NCBI GenBank assembly: GCA_043813605.1
Contig: JBDRKX010000043.1
Coordinates: 1 to 41,175, forward strand
Origin: Elusimicrobiota bacterium
Lineage (GTDB): Bacteria > CG03 > SLGR01 > JBDRKX01
Direction: 5' to 3'
Length of the DNA stretch: 41,175 bases
Positions 25,001 to 37,000 of this stretch are shown piece by piece. Position 1 is the first letter of the stretch; each line of letters begins with the position of its first letter. The notes beneath the pieces were generated by a model that was not told the origin of the DNA, ran no database searches, and saw only the letters and a list, made by a program, of their open reading frames with translations. The position numbers were made by a program, and so were the translations under genes.

Positions 25001-28000
25001 ATCATTTTGAATAATATCTCTCTGTATAATTCATAAGCTTTTTCGTTAACCATATCATCGGCACCCGAAAGTTCGGATGAAAAGGTCTCTAATTCTTCTG
25101 TCTCCAATTTCCCCTCTTTCAGCTTCTTTAATATAAACCTTCCATAAAGCTCCATGAGCTTCATCCTCGCATAAACCACCGTACTAAAAGAAAACCTCTT
25201 ACTGAAATCGATGATAAAATCCTCGTCTATCTCGCCTTTTTCAAGAAGTTCGATATATAATCCGGCGGCGGCTTCAAGCCCGGCATCTTCTATATCGCTG
25301 GATTCGGCATCTTTATAGAAACTCTCGAATTCGCTGAGCTTTATTCTTCCGTTTCTTACAAGTTCGGGATACACCCTGAGTATCATGGCTTCCAGCCACG
25401 GCTCGCGTTCCGGGGGTTTCTGGGGCATATTCATACCGCCGTAAATACCGCCCATTGCATTAAACACATGCTCATAATGTGCTTCCAGGCCTTCTTCTTC
25501 TTCAGATTGTTCGCGTTGCCTGGGCCTGGGCTTGTTGATTCCTTCCAGCTTAAGTTCATTAAACCTGCCGTGTCTTATAAACACAATGTTCAGCTCTGCT
25601 ATCGCTTCTAACAGGGCTCTGTAGAATTCTTCGTCAGCCGGTTCTATCAGTTTCTCGAGACGGGTTATCTTTTCTGTGCTGAATTTACCTGTTTCTATCT
25701 GGGTGGAATAGATACCGGTAAGCGCTTTTAACACCGCTTTCTTATGGGCTGTATCGCCTTCTTCTACTCTGGTTTCCAACGCATTCACCTTTCTTTCATC
25801 CATAATCCTGTTTCGAATCAGCTCAGAGTATATCTTTCCTATTGCCTCCAAGGCATTATTCCTGATACTCGATTCTTCACCAAAAGAGATGTTTTCAAGA
25901 GGTTCTATCATGCTAGACGCAAAATTCAATCCTTTTGCTTCAATGACCTGTTTATACAGTTTCATGAAAACTTCGAGAGCGGCAGATGATACTGAATATT
26001 CGTCATCCAGCATTCCTGTGATCATATCCAGATAAACCAGGTCGAATTCCTTTCCCTGCAGCTTTATCTGTCTCTCCAGTATATCTCCAAGTACATTCAC
26101 CGCTTCTCTTCTTACATTATTGTCTTTATCTTCAAGCCTGCTTCGGAACCTCTTAAAATTAACCGGATCTATCTCATTTATATCTTCTGAAAGCATTATC
26201 CTTCCAAGCGCGTCAACAGCGGCTTTTCTTATCTTGTGATTCCTGTGTGTCAGCTGATCGTTCAGCTTTGTCCATTCCCTGCCGCTGTAACTCAGGGCTC
26301 TTATAAGTCTTACTGCGGCAAAATCTACCAGTCCGTTCCAGAGTTCATAGTGTTTTTCAACTTCAAGGAAAATATCTGGATACCTGTATGCCAGTTTCAA
26401 TATGCTGGTAAACCTTCTCAATGGATCCTTGGAATTTGAATCCATCGCGATCTCTTCTATTTCAGATTTCATATTAGCATCAAGCTTATATTTACCGGTA
26501 TCTCTGGTAAGGTAAGTAATAAGACCGCCTATAGCTCCGTATTCGTCAAGCACTGTCTCCATATCTACCTTGGGTACACCAAAAATAATATCAAGATCGA
26601 CTCCGTCGAGCGGCAGTTTATATATCAGCGACAACACCCGGCTCCGGTCTTCGGGAGTATTCATCCTGAGATAATATACTTCACGCAGGGCCCATGCAAA
26701 AGCTTCTTTTGTTTCAAGAAGCTGTGAATTATCTTTCATAAAATCTATCACCCGTATCTGGTCTCTCAGCGTGAAATGATAACCTTCAGCTGTAAGCTGT
26801 CCTATCCTGCCTTTTTCAACCATTTTCATCAGTCTTTGATGAAACCCGGACAGTTCTCTGATAAGGTCATTCTCTTCCTGTGCGGCAGCACTGGACATTT
26901 TTATCCCGCCGAGCATATCGAGATATGGAGCAATTAACTGATATGCCAGATGTATTACTGCAGCGAGTGCTGCTCCGGCCGCAACCATTAATACCGGAGA
27001 AATTACTGTCGAAATAAGTAATATTGAAGGAAGGGAAAAGAGGGTAAACCCGAAAACCAGACTCATTAAAGTACCGAGGCATAAGAGCGGAATCCTGTCT
27101 TTGAGATGTTTAAGAGGATTCCAGCCGAGGCGTTTAGGCGGCCCGTTTATATCGTAATGTATCTCGTAATGGAGGTACGCGAATGAAAAAGCTGAAAATA
27201 TCCCGGTCCCAATAAGCAGGTTTTTGAGATCAATACCGGTAAAATAATTGATAACATACGAGACTCCGCCCATTAAAATTCCCTGGAATATAACATTTTC
27301 TAAAACTGCGGCCAGCCAGGGCGCTTTCTTCACATTAAACCTTGAAGACTTGAACCAATAAGGCAGTATCCCCTTTGGAGCTGGTTTTCGGGAAGAATAA
27401 CCGCGCTTTTCATTCATTCCTGTTATTAGATTATCACAAGCTGTATAAGGATCGGTCTCTCCCTTTAAAATAGATTGAACAGTACCTTCAAATTCATCGC
27501 TCTCTACCAGTTTATCTAGAATTTCCTGTATGAGACGGCTTTTCAGCATTTCAGTCAATGTCTCTTTAATCCTCATTATCTGCCTGCTGCTATCCAATGC
27601 GTCTTCTGATTCTTTAAGATATTTTCTGTGGTTTTTGATCGCCTCCATTAAATCCGACACATCCTTTCCAAAAGCCGTTTTATCAGAAATAGTTCCAGTC
27701 TTGAGAATGGGTGCTGTCCATGTGCTGTCTTTATGCCTTTCCTTCCCCATTTGAATCATACTCCTCAGTTCACTAAAGGTCTTATCAGCGCCTTCCCTGT
27801 CAGACTTATTGATCACGAATATATCGCCTATCTCGAGAATACCGGCTTTTACAGCCTGTATATCGTCTCCCATACCTGGAATAACCATTACAACAGTAGT
27901 ATGAGCGCTCTTTACAATATCAACCTCATCCTGTCCTACACCGACGGTTTCTATGATGATATAATCTTTACCCATGGCATCAAGGACATTAACGGCGCTT

Positions 28001-31000
28001 CTTGTAGCGTGGGTGAGTCCTCCGAATTGGCCCCTTGTTGCCATTGAACGGATAAAGACACCATCATCCAGACTATGACGCTGCATCCTGATGCGGTCAC
28101 CCAGGATGGCTCCGCCTGTAAACGGGCTTGTCGGATCGACAGCCAAAACACCTACAGTTTTACCATCTTTTCTTAAATCGGCTATCAATTGGTCTATAAG
28201 AGTACTTTTTCCCACTCCGGGAGACCCGGTAATACCGATAATATGAGCACCCCCTGTGTAAGGATAAAGCGCTTTCAGTGTTTCCCTGACTTCCGGAACT
28301 CCCTCATCTATATTCCTGATGAGACGGGCTACTGTTCTCACATCTCCTGCAGTGACTTTTTCTACTATTTTGTTTATCTTATCATCTGCCGGTTTCTTTT
28401 CGGCCTGTGTATCTTCTTCTACTATTTTCTTTTCTTTTTGAGACAGCGCTTTTATATGTATAAATGCAGCAAATGATAACATTATCTTTCTTAACCGCTC
28501 CCATAAAGGTAAAAGTCCGGGGCGATGTCCTAAATCATCCTGTCTTAAATCTCCCAATGTAGCCACAAGAATAGCCTTTATCGTATGCATGCGATTTTCA
28601 GCCTGGTCAAACACTATTGAGTGCTTTGATTCGAACACATCTTCAGTGACTTCCAGTCCATCTATGCCATACTTGTCATATATCTCTTCTCCGACTTTTG
28701 TCTCCTTATTATGAAATGCCGGAAGACAATGCATGAATTTCACATCGGGATTTCCAGTGAGTTCTATTATTTCCTTGTTGACCTGATAAGGTTTGAGTAG
28801 TTTGATCCGCTCTTCCCAAGCTTTTTCAGGTTCACCCATTGAGACCCATACATCAGTATAAAGGAAATCCACATCTTTAACGCCTTCTTCTATATTTTCC
28901 GTCAATGTGATTCTGGCGCCAGTTTGAGATGCTATAGCCTTACACTGAGCAATCAGTTCATCTTCAGGCCAGTACTCCTTAGGAGCGCACAATCGGACGT
29001 CCATTCCTAATTTTGCACCCCCTACTAAAAGGGAATTACCCACATTATTCCGGGCATCCCCCAAATAACAATATGAGATCTCAGAGATATGTTTCCCTGT
29101 ATGTTCAACCATTGTTAGAAAATCACCTAAAATCTGGGTGGGATGAAATTCATCTGTCAATCCGTTCCAGACAGGTACGCCCGCGTACTCTCCAAGCTCC
29201 TCAGCAGTGGACTGACTAAAACCGCGATATTGGATCCCATCATACATCTTACCGAGTACACGTGCTGTATCTTTCATGGATTCTTTATGGCCGATTTGTG
29301 ATCCTGAAGGGCCTAAATATGTAACTTGTGCACCCTGGTCATACGCTGCGACTTCAAAGGCGCAACGTGTTCTTGTTGAAGTCTTCTCAAAAATTAAAGC
29401 GATATTTTTTCCCTTCAAACGAGGCTGCTCATGACCGGCATATTTTGCATCTTTCAATTCTTTTGAAAGGTCAAGCAGTAAGAGTATCTCTTCTGATGTA
29501 AAATCGAGCAGTTTTAAAAAGTTGCGGTGTTTTAAATCCTCCAATCTCTCATAAGCCGATTTCTCCGCAAAATAGCCTTTCCCCTTAAATATTTCTTCAC
29601 CTGTCACATTTATTGTTTCAGTGTCTGTTTTACGCACGGAAAATGAACTGAAAACCAGGTTCCCCATATTGCTTATAATACTTGTACCCCCGGCGATGCC
29701 GACAAAAGGCGTCATAAATATATTGCCCAGCCAGTGCCGGGAAAAAGATTCGTGTACAGTTACCGCTATCTTCTCCGCCAGACTCAATCTAATATACGAT
29801 TCGTACCGCGTTACACTGGGCCATAATGAAAACGGTTTATCCTTAATATATCTGGCTGCTATATTCTTACCAAGCCTTGTTGATATACTGCCATACCCTT
29901 GTGCCAGAGCAAAACTTGATATAAACGAAATTAATAATTCACTGTATCCCAGTCCTAAGACCGTAATACCGCCAAAATGAAATAAGAACAATCCCGCTAC
30001 GGACAACAGCCCGATCGCTTTCCACAGAATTGATGCCCGGCGGGCGTTTACACCTGAATAAGCATGACCCCTGTAAACCCCGAACTCTTCTCTGAATATG
30101 TCGCATATTTCCTGTACCGTAGCATATTCCTTAACTGCGTCTATTATAAAAGGCATGAGATTATTATCGCCTCTGGCGGCTTCGCGAAGCTTACTTAGGC
30201 TTTCCTTGACTTTTTTATTATCCCGCTCTTCTTTTACCTTTTTTAACCGCGCTATCTGTTTTTTCTCTACTTCAGGATCTATTATCAGAGGCTCTACCGG
30301 TTTTTCTTCATCAGTATTATATTTATTTATGCCTACAATTATTTTTTCTTTTTTCTCCAGCTGCATCTGGTATTTATAGGAAGAATCGGCTATTTGCTGC
30401 TGCGGATAGTTCTGCTCCAGCGCATTTATCATTCCTCCCATATCATCTATCTTATTAATAATTTTGTACGCTTCTTCTTCAAGTTTATCGGTAAGAGCCT
30501 CTACAAAATATGATCCGGCAAGCGGATCGACCGTATTTATAACTCCGGTTTCATCCGCCAGTACCTGCTGGGTACGCAGAGCGATAGTGGCTGACTCCTC
30601 TGTAGGCGTCTGGTAAGTTTCATCGTAAGAGTTGGTATGAAGCGAATTTGTGCCTCCTAATACGGCGGCCAGAGCTTCAACAGTTGTCCTGACAATATTA
30701 TTGTAGGGCTGCTGCGCAGTAAGCGAGACGCCGGCGGTCTGCGTATGAAACCGCAGCATCATGGAACGCGGATCCTTTGCCCCGAATCTCTCTTTCATTA
30801 TCTTTGCCCAAATTCTCCGGGCTGCTCTCAGTTTCGCGATCTCCTCAAAAAAATCGATATGCGAATCGAAGAAAAAAGAGAGTCTCGGAGCGAAATCATC
30901 CACATCAAGGCCGCGGTCAACTGCAGCCTGGACATAGGCTATGCCGTCTGCCAATGTAAACGCAAGCTCCTGAGCAGCGGTAGCGCCGGCCTCTCTTATG

Positions 31001-34000
31001 TGATAACCGCTGATACTGATTGTATTCCATTTTGGTACTTCTTTTGTACCGAACTCTACAGTATCCGTTATCAGCCTCATAGACGGTCTGGGAGGAAGCA
31101 TAAGAGTGTTCTGAGCGATGAATTCTTTGAGCATATCGTTCTGTATGGTTCCTGTTAATTTATCCCTGGAAACCCCTCTCTTCTCTGCCATTGCTATATA
31201 CATTGCCCACAACACAGCGGCAGGAGGATTAATTGTCATGGATGTTGATATCCGATCGATAGGAAGCCCCTTAAACAGGATCTCCATATCTTTAAGCGTG
31301 TCTATAGCTACACCGCATTTCCCTACCTCCCCTCTTGCCAGCGGGGAATCAGAATCATAACCCATAAGAGTAGGCATATCAAAGGCGGTAGAGAGTCCTG
31401 TCTGGCCGTTCTTTACCAGAAGGTGGAACCTCTCGTTTGTATCTTCCGCAGAACCTAGTCCGGCAAACATCCTCATGGTCCATTTTCTTATCCTGTACAT
31501 AAGTTCATAGACGCCTCTTGTGAATGGATATTTACCCGGTTCTCCTATTTTTTCATCGTAATCAGCATCTTTTGTCTCGGGCGAATAGAGAGGATCGATT
31601 TCAAGATCTGAAATAGTAGTAAATCTTTCTTCTTTTTCCGTCTCTTTAGAATCAGCCACTGGTTCTTCGTCAGCCTTCTGTGTCAATGCTTTTTCTCCGC
31701 CTATGTATTGTTTTACCCAACCGACCATTTCTTCAGCTTTAGTACCCGGACCAAAAACTTCCTTTACTCCCATATCTTTTAATTTAACTATATCATCTTC
31801 CGGTATTATACCTCCGCAGATGACAGCAATGTCTTCAATTCCTCTCTTTTCCAATAACTGCAGTACCCTGGGAATGAGCCCCATATGGGCGCCTGCCAGA
31901 GTAGAGAGCCCTATCATATCCACATCTTCCTGTACGGCTTCGCTTACTATCTCTTCAGGTGTACGATGTACTCCCGTATAAATAACCTCAAAACCCGCAT
32001 CCCTGAATATGGTAGAAATAACTTTAGCACCCCTGTCATGTCCGTCCAGACCGGGCTTTGCGACTAAAATCCTGATTTTTCCTCCCGGTACAGCTCTTTT
32101 GGCGATTTCTTTTATTTGTCCCGGTTTAAATCTCGGCAAAATTTTCTTAATTAACGGAAATCCTATTATCCCTGCAACAGGCATCATAAATAAAGTTCCA
32201 AACAACTGGATTATTACACCCGGATTGTCGGTTTCAGGCGACATTGATCCAAAGGCTGCATTTGACAATGCCAGTACTCCGTAAATAGCCAGCATAAATA
32301 TAGACACCAGAGAATTTCCTGATACTGATTTAAGGGTTTTCTTTATCGATATTTCGGTCTTTTCATGGGCATTTTCAATTACCCATTTTACGATATCATC
32401 AGAAGAGTCTTCTGAAGTAAATATCTCTTTTACTCCAGCCTCTTTCAGCTTTAATATTTCATTTTCCGGAAATTCGCCTCGGCAGCAGACCGGGATATCA
32501 CCAGCGTCTTTCTCTTTCAGCAGTTCCAGCACACGCGGGATGTGCTGCATATGGGTACCTGCTAAAGAGGACAATCCTATTATATCTACATCTTCCTGTA
32601 TGGCGTCATTGACTATCTGTTCAGGCGTATTATTAGCACCTGTGTAAATAACTTCGAAACCTGCATCTCTAAATACTTTAGATATGATCTTGGCATCTTT
32701 ATCCTGACCATTCGGTCCCGGTTGTGCTACTAACACTCTTATCCTTCGTTTTTGTTTTATCCGGTCAGGCTCTTTATTCTCTTCCGCTGTAGTTTCTATC
32801 CTGCCTGCTATCTCGTACATCTGAGCTGCTTTAAAGGAACTTCTTACAAACGGACCTGATACAACCGCCTTAAAACCCATCTCATAAGCAACCTTTTTCC
32901 ATTCAGCAAATTCTTCCGGAGTAACATATCTAGCGATTTTTACATGTTCCTTGGAAGGAGCAAGATACTGGCCTATTGTCAGCAGCCGGCAGCCGGCAGC
33001 CAGAAGATCCTGCAAGGTCTGCCGGATCTCTTTATCTGTTTCCCCCAGTCCGAGCATGATCCCGGATTTTGTCAAAATATCAGTGTCAGCCTCGCTTACC
33101 CTTTTAATGAGTTCCAGTGAACGTTTATAATCTGCTTGCGGCCTTACTTCGGAGTAGAGCCTGGGAACAGTCTCTATATTATGGTTAATGACTTCCGGCC
33201 GCACAGCGATAATCTTATTCAGAGCGGCTTCCGATCCCTTAAGATCCGATACAAGCACTTCTACTTCAACTCCGGGGGTCCTCGACCTGATTGCCTTTAC
33301 CGTATCTGCAAAATGCTGAGCGCCTCCATCCGGAATATCATCACGGGTAACAGATGTAATAACAGTATACTTGAGTCCAAGTTTCTCAACAGCCTCTGCA
33401 ACCATGTAAGGCTCACTCTCATCAAGCGGATACGGAGTATCGTGCTTTACAGCGCAGAAACTGCAGTTCCTGGTGCACTTGTCGCCCATAATCAGAAATG
33501 TCGCTGTACCTTCAGAGAAGCATTCACCCAGATTCGGACACATGGCCTCTTCACAAACTGTGTGGAGCCCGTGCTGTTCTAACAGATTCTGTACGTTCGA
33601 ATACTTATCACTGAATTCAATCCTTTTCTTGAGCCATTCAGGCCTCCCTTCTTCAGTATCCGGATATTCAGAACTGCCATTCGTAAGAAATGCAGCATAA
33701 AATTCTTCTGTAAAATCTTTTTTAACTGCTTCCATATCAAGTGTTTTACCAAGTTCTTTCTCCATAGAAGTGATAGGCTGATCAGGATGACCGCATGCAA
33801 CTATATAATCAAAAGGCGTAAGATCCGTGTTTATATTAAGCGCAACTCCGTGATATGTGACTTTTTTATCAAGAGCTATACCTATGCTGGCTATTTTTCT
33901 GCCGTTCACATATAATCCGGGCATCCCCTCCTTAGATCCGGACTTTATCCCGTATTTTTTAAGAACAGATGCAGTTATTTCCAGAAGTTTATTTACATAA

Positions 34001-37000
34001 CCGCGCAGGTCGGTATCACTGAGTTTTATTATGGGATAGATAACTAACTGTCCAGGGCCGTGATATGTAGCCAAACCGCCGCGGTCAGCGTTATAGAGTT
34101 CAATACCTTTCTCTTTAAGATGCTCTTCGGATATTTTTAGTTCTTCCAGAGTGCCTCTACGACCTATTGTTACTACCGGCGGGTGTTCTACAAAAATAAG
34201 CTGATCGCCTATTTCACCCAGCTGCCGCTGTTTGACAAGTTCCAGCTGTTTTTCATAGGCTTCACCATAAGGCACAGTCCCCCAGTCGAGGACATCAACG
34301 GCGGCTCCATATTCAAGCTGACTTCCAGACAAATGCCTTTTGAGAATTATCACCAGCTTTTTAAAATAACTTAATGGTATTAGTATAATAATTGCCAGTC
34401 CAGTTAAAATATTTCCTATGCGGCCCCGGGTCACCGGAGCAGATTTAATAACTTCTTCAAGTTCAGTTTTAGGCATTACGGATACATACTCATCTGAATC
34501 TTTATAGCTTGCGCTGTCATCTTCAAAACCATGTTGGGTAAGATACGACTCGTAATCCAGTAATCTGTCGTCCCTAAGCTCTTTCGGGTCATCCATCTTC
34601 ACTATATAGAGCCAGCCGGCACTGTACGGCTCCTCGAGAGCAAGATCACGGTTCTCTTCTTTCACAAGCAGCGGATTAATGGCAACAACTTCGCCGCTTG
34701 CCGGCGCAAAGAGCGTATTGGAGGCCTTGTCCTGTTCAACGGCGGCGCCGGAATCTTCGCCCTGTTTCACCTTAGCCCCTACTTTAGGAAGAGTAAGACT
34801 TACTATACCGTGATTTTTAAATATAGAAGCAATATTATCACTCATACCGGCCAGAGCAAAACCATCGCCAAGATCCAGAACCCATTCACCTTCAAGCAGG
34901 AATTTTGCCCGGTTAGGATTAACATTCTTCGGAATTTCCGGCAGAACTACGCCTTTCTTAAATATCTTTACTTCCCTTGCCGCAAAAGAGATGATTCCGT
35001 CTTCAACTGCCTCGCCGCCTGATACCGGAGTATAATCCCTTATCAGCTCTGCAATATTGTTGGTTCTTACATCACGCTGCCTGTCAGCCTCTATTACATC
35101 AATACGCCTGAACGGAGTCTTTGAAGGAGCTTCTTTTAATACAGAAGGATCTTCCCAGGCCTCTTTTGCCAGCTTTATCAGTGTATCGCAGAAGAAATCC
35201 ATCCCTTCAAGCGTAGCCGTCTCGGTAGGTTCTATCATAATAGAGTGGCTGCCGTGCTCAGGAATGACCAGCGGAAAACCTACCGTAGGCGCATATACAC
35301 CGTAATCTATAAGGCCTTTTGCAAAATCAATGGAAGTTAATCCGTGTTTTTCTCCGAACCGCTCACTGGATATAACGAACTCATGCATAGCGGTCTGATC
35401 CTGTGAGTATATTACTTTGAAGAGCGGATATCCGGCCTCATCCAACGCCTCGCGCATAATCCGCTCCATCATATAATTGGCATTGAGTATGGCTGTCTCG
35501 CTCACATTGCGCATCCCCTCTTCTCCAAGAGCCATCCTGTAAGCGTTTGCCTTGATAATAACACCGTACGGGCCGAAGAAAGAACTTATTTTACCTATGG
35601 TCCCGGGATAATTATACTCATTATGATCAAGCGCATATACTCCGTTTTCCGCCTTTATCCTGGGTATCGGAAGATACTTCTCAAGCTCAGCTGTTACGGC
35701 AACAGGGCCTGCTCCAGGGCCTCCACCGCCATGTGGAGTACCGAATGTCTTATGGAGGTTGAAATGAAGTACATCCACACCTACATCTTTTACCTTTATA
35801 AGTCCCATTATGGCGTTAAAATTAGCGCCGTCCATATATACATAACCTCCGTTATCGTGGGTTATCTTCGATATTTCGGGAACATCTACTTCAAATGTAC
35901 CGAGAGTATTCGGTATTGTAAGCATGCACCCTGCAAACCTGTCTTGATTGGCTTGTACCGCTTTTCTGAATTCATCCACATCCAGCATACCGTTCTTATT
36001 GGACGGTATCTCAAGTATCTCCATTCCGGCCATACTTACAGAGGCCGGATTGGTACCGTGCGAAGAGTCTGTTGTTATTATAAGATCGCGTTTTCCATTA
36101 CCGGCTGCCTTATGGGCGGCTTTCATAATTTTAAGACCTGTAAATTCTCCGTGAGCTCCTGCTTCGGGCTGCAGTGTAACAGCATCCATTCCCGTAACAA
36201 TGCAAAGGTACTCGGAAAACTCATGCATGAGTTTCAATGTCCCCTGCTTTGCGGAATCAGGAGTAAAGGGGTGTATCCTTGTAAAATTTTCCAGAGCAGC
36301 TATAGTCTCATGGAGTAGTGCGTTATATTTCATTGTGCAGGAACCTAAAGGATAGAGCTTGGCATCAATATCTATATTCAATTTAGCCATATCCTGCGCA
36401 AACTGGTAAATATCATGTTCAGAATACTGAGGAAGACCGAGAGGCATTGTGCGGAGAGCCTTCTCGGGAGAATACTTTATCTCATTCTTAAAGCCCTGCC
36501 GGTTACTTATTATTCTTTCACGCACATCCTCAGTAATACCGGTTATATCCATCAATGAATCTACAAGGTTATCGATATCGTTCTTTGTAACACGGTCGGT
36601 AAAACTGAAGAGCATATAATTACTGCCTTTAAAACCATTAAATTCATTAAGGTTCAGCGCGCCCAGCGAGCCGCGCTCAAGCAGCCCTTTATTTATTTCT
36701 TCCGGATCAAAAGAAGTCCTGAGAGTAACTTCGTTAAAGGATGTTCCTTTAAACGGAAGTTCAAATCCAGGCACAGCCAGAACCTGATCAAGGAAATATT
36801 CCTTTAAAGATAATGTCATGCTGTTTGCATCATGCAGCCCTTTTCTTCCACGGGCCAGCATGTAGAATGCAGCGCGTATAGCGCATAGCGCAGTGTTCGA
36901 ACATATGTTAGATTTTGCCTTAAACCTTGTTATATGCTGTTCGCGTGTCTGCCTTATAAGAGCGAATGTCTCCTTGCCTTCGGTTTCGGTCCTGCCTACT

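Noticed and set aside
14200..26868. AAA triplication as an assembly artefact or mobile-element repeat
   Set aside because: The copies differ at many synonymous and non-synonymous sites and carry different inserts. No transposase or terminal repeats were seen.
27424..29538. ArgK 'LAO transport kinase' function suggested by adjacency to OTC
   Set aside because: The family is established as the GTPase chaperone of B12 acyl-CoA mutases, and such a mutase is in the same chain.
5304..33800. Seven short minus-strand ORFs in the track
   Set aside because: All are in alternative frames overlapping well-conserved domains of the main frame and show no independent protein signal.
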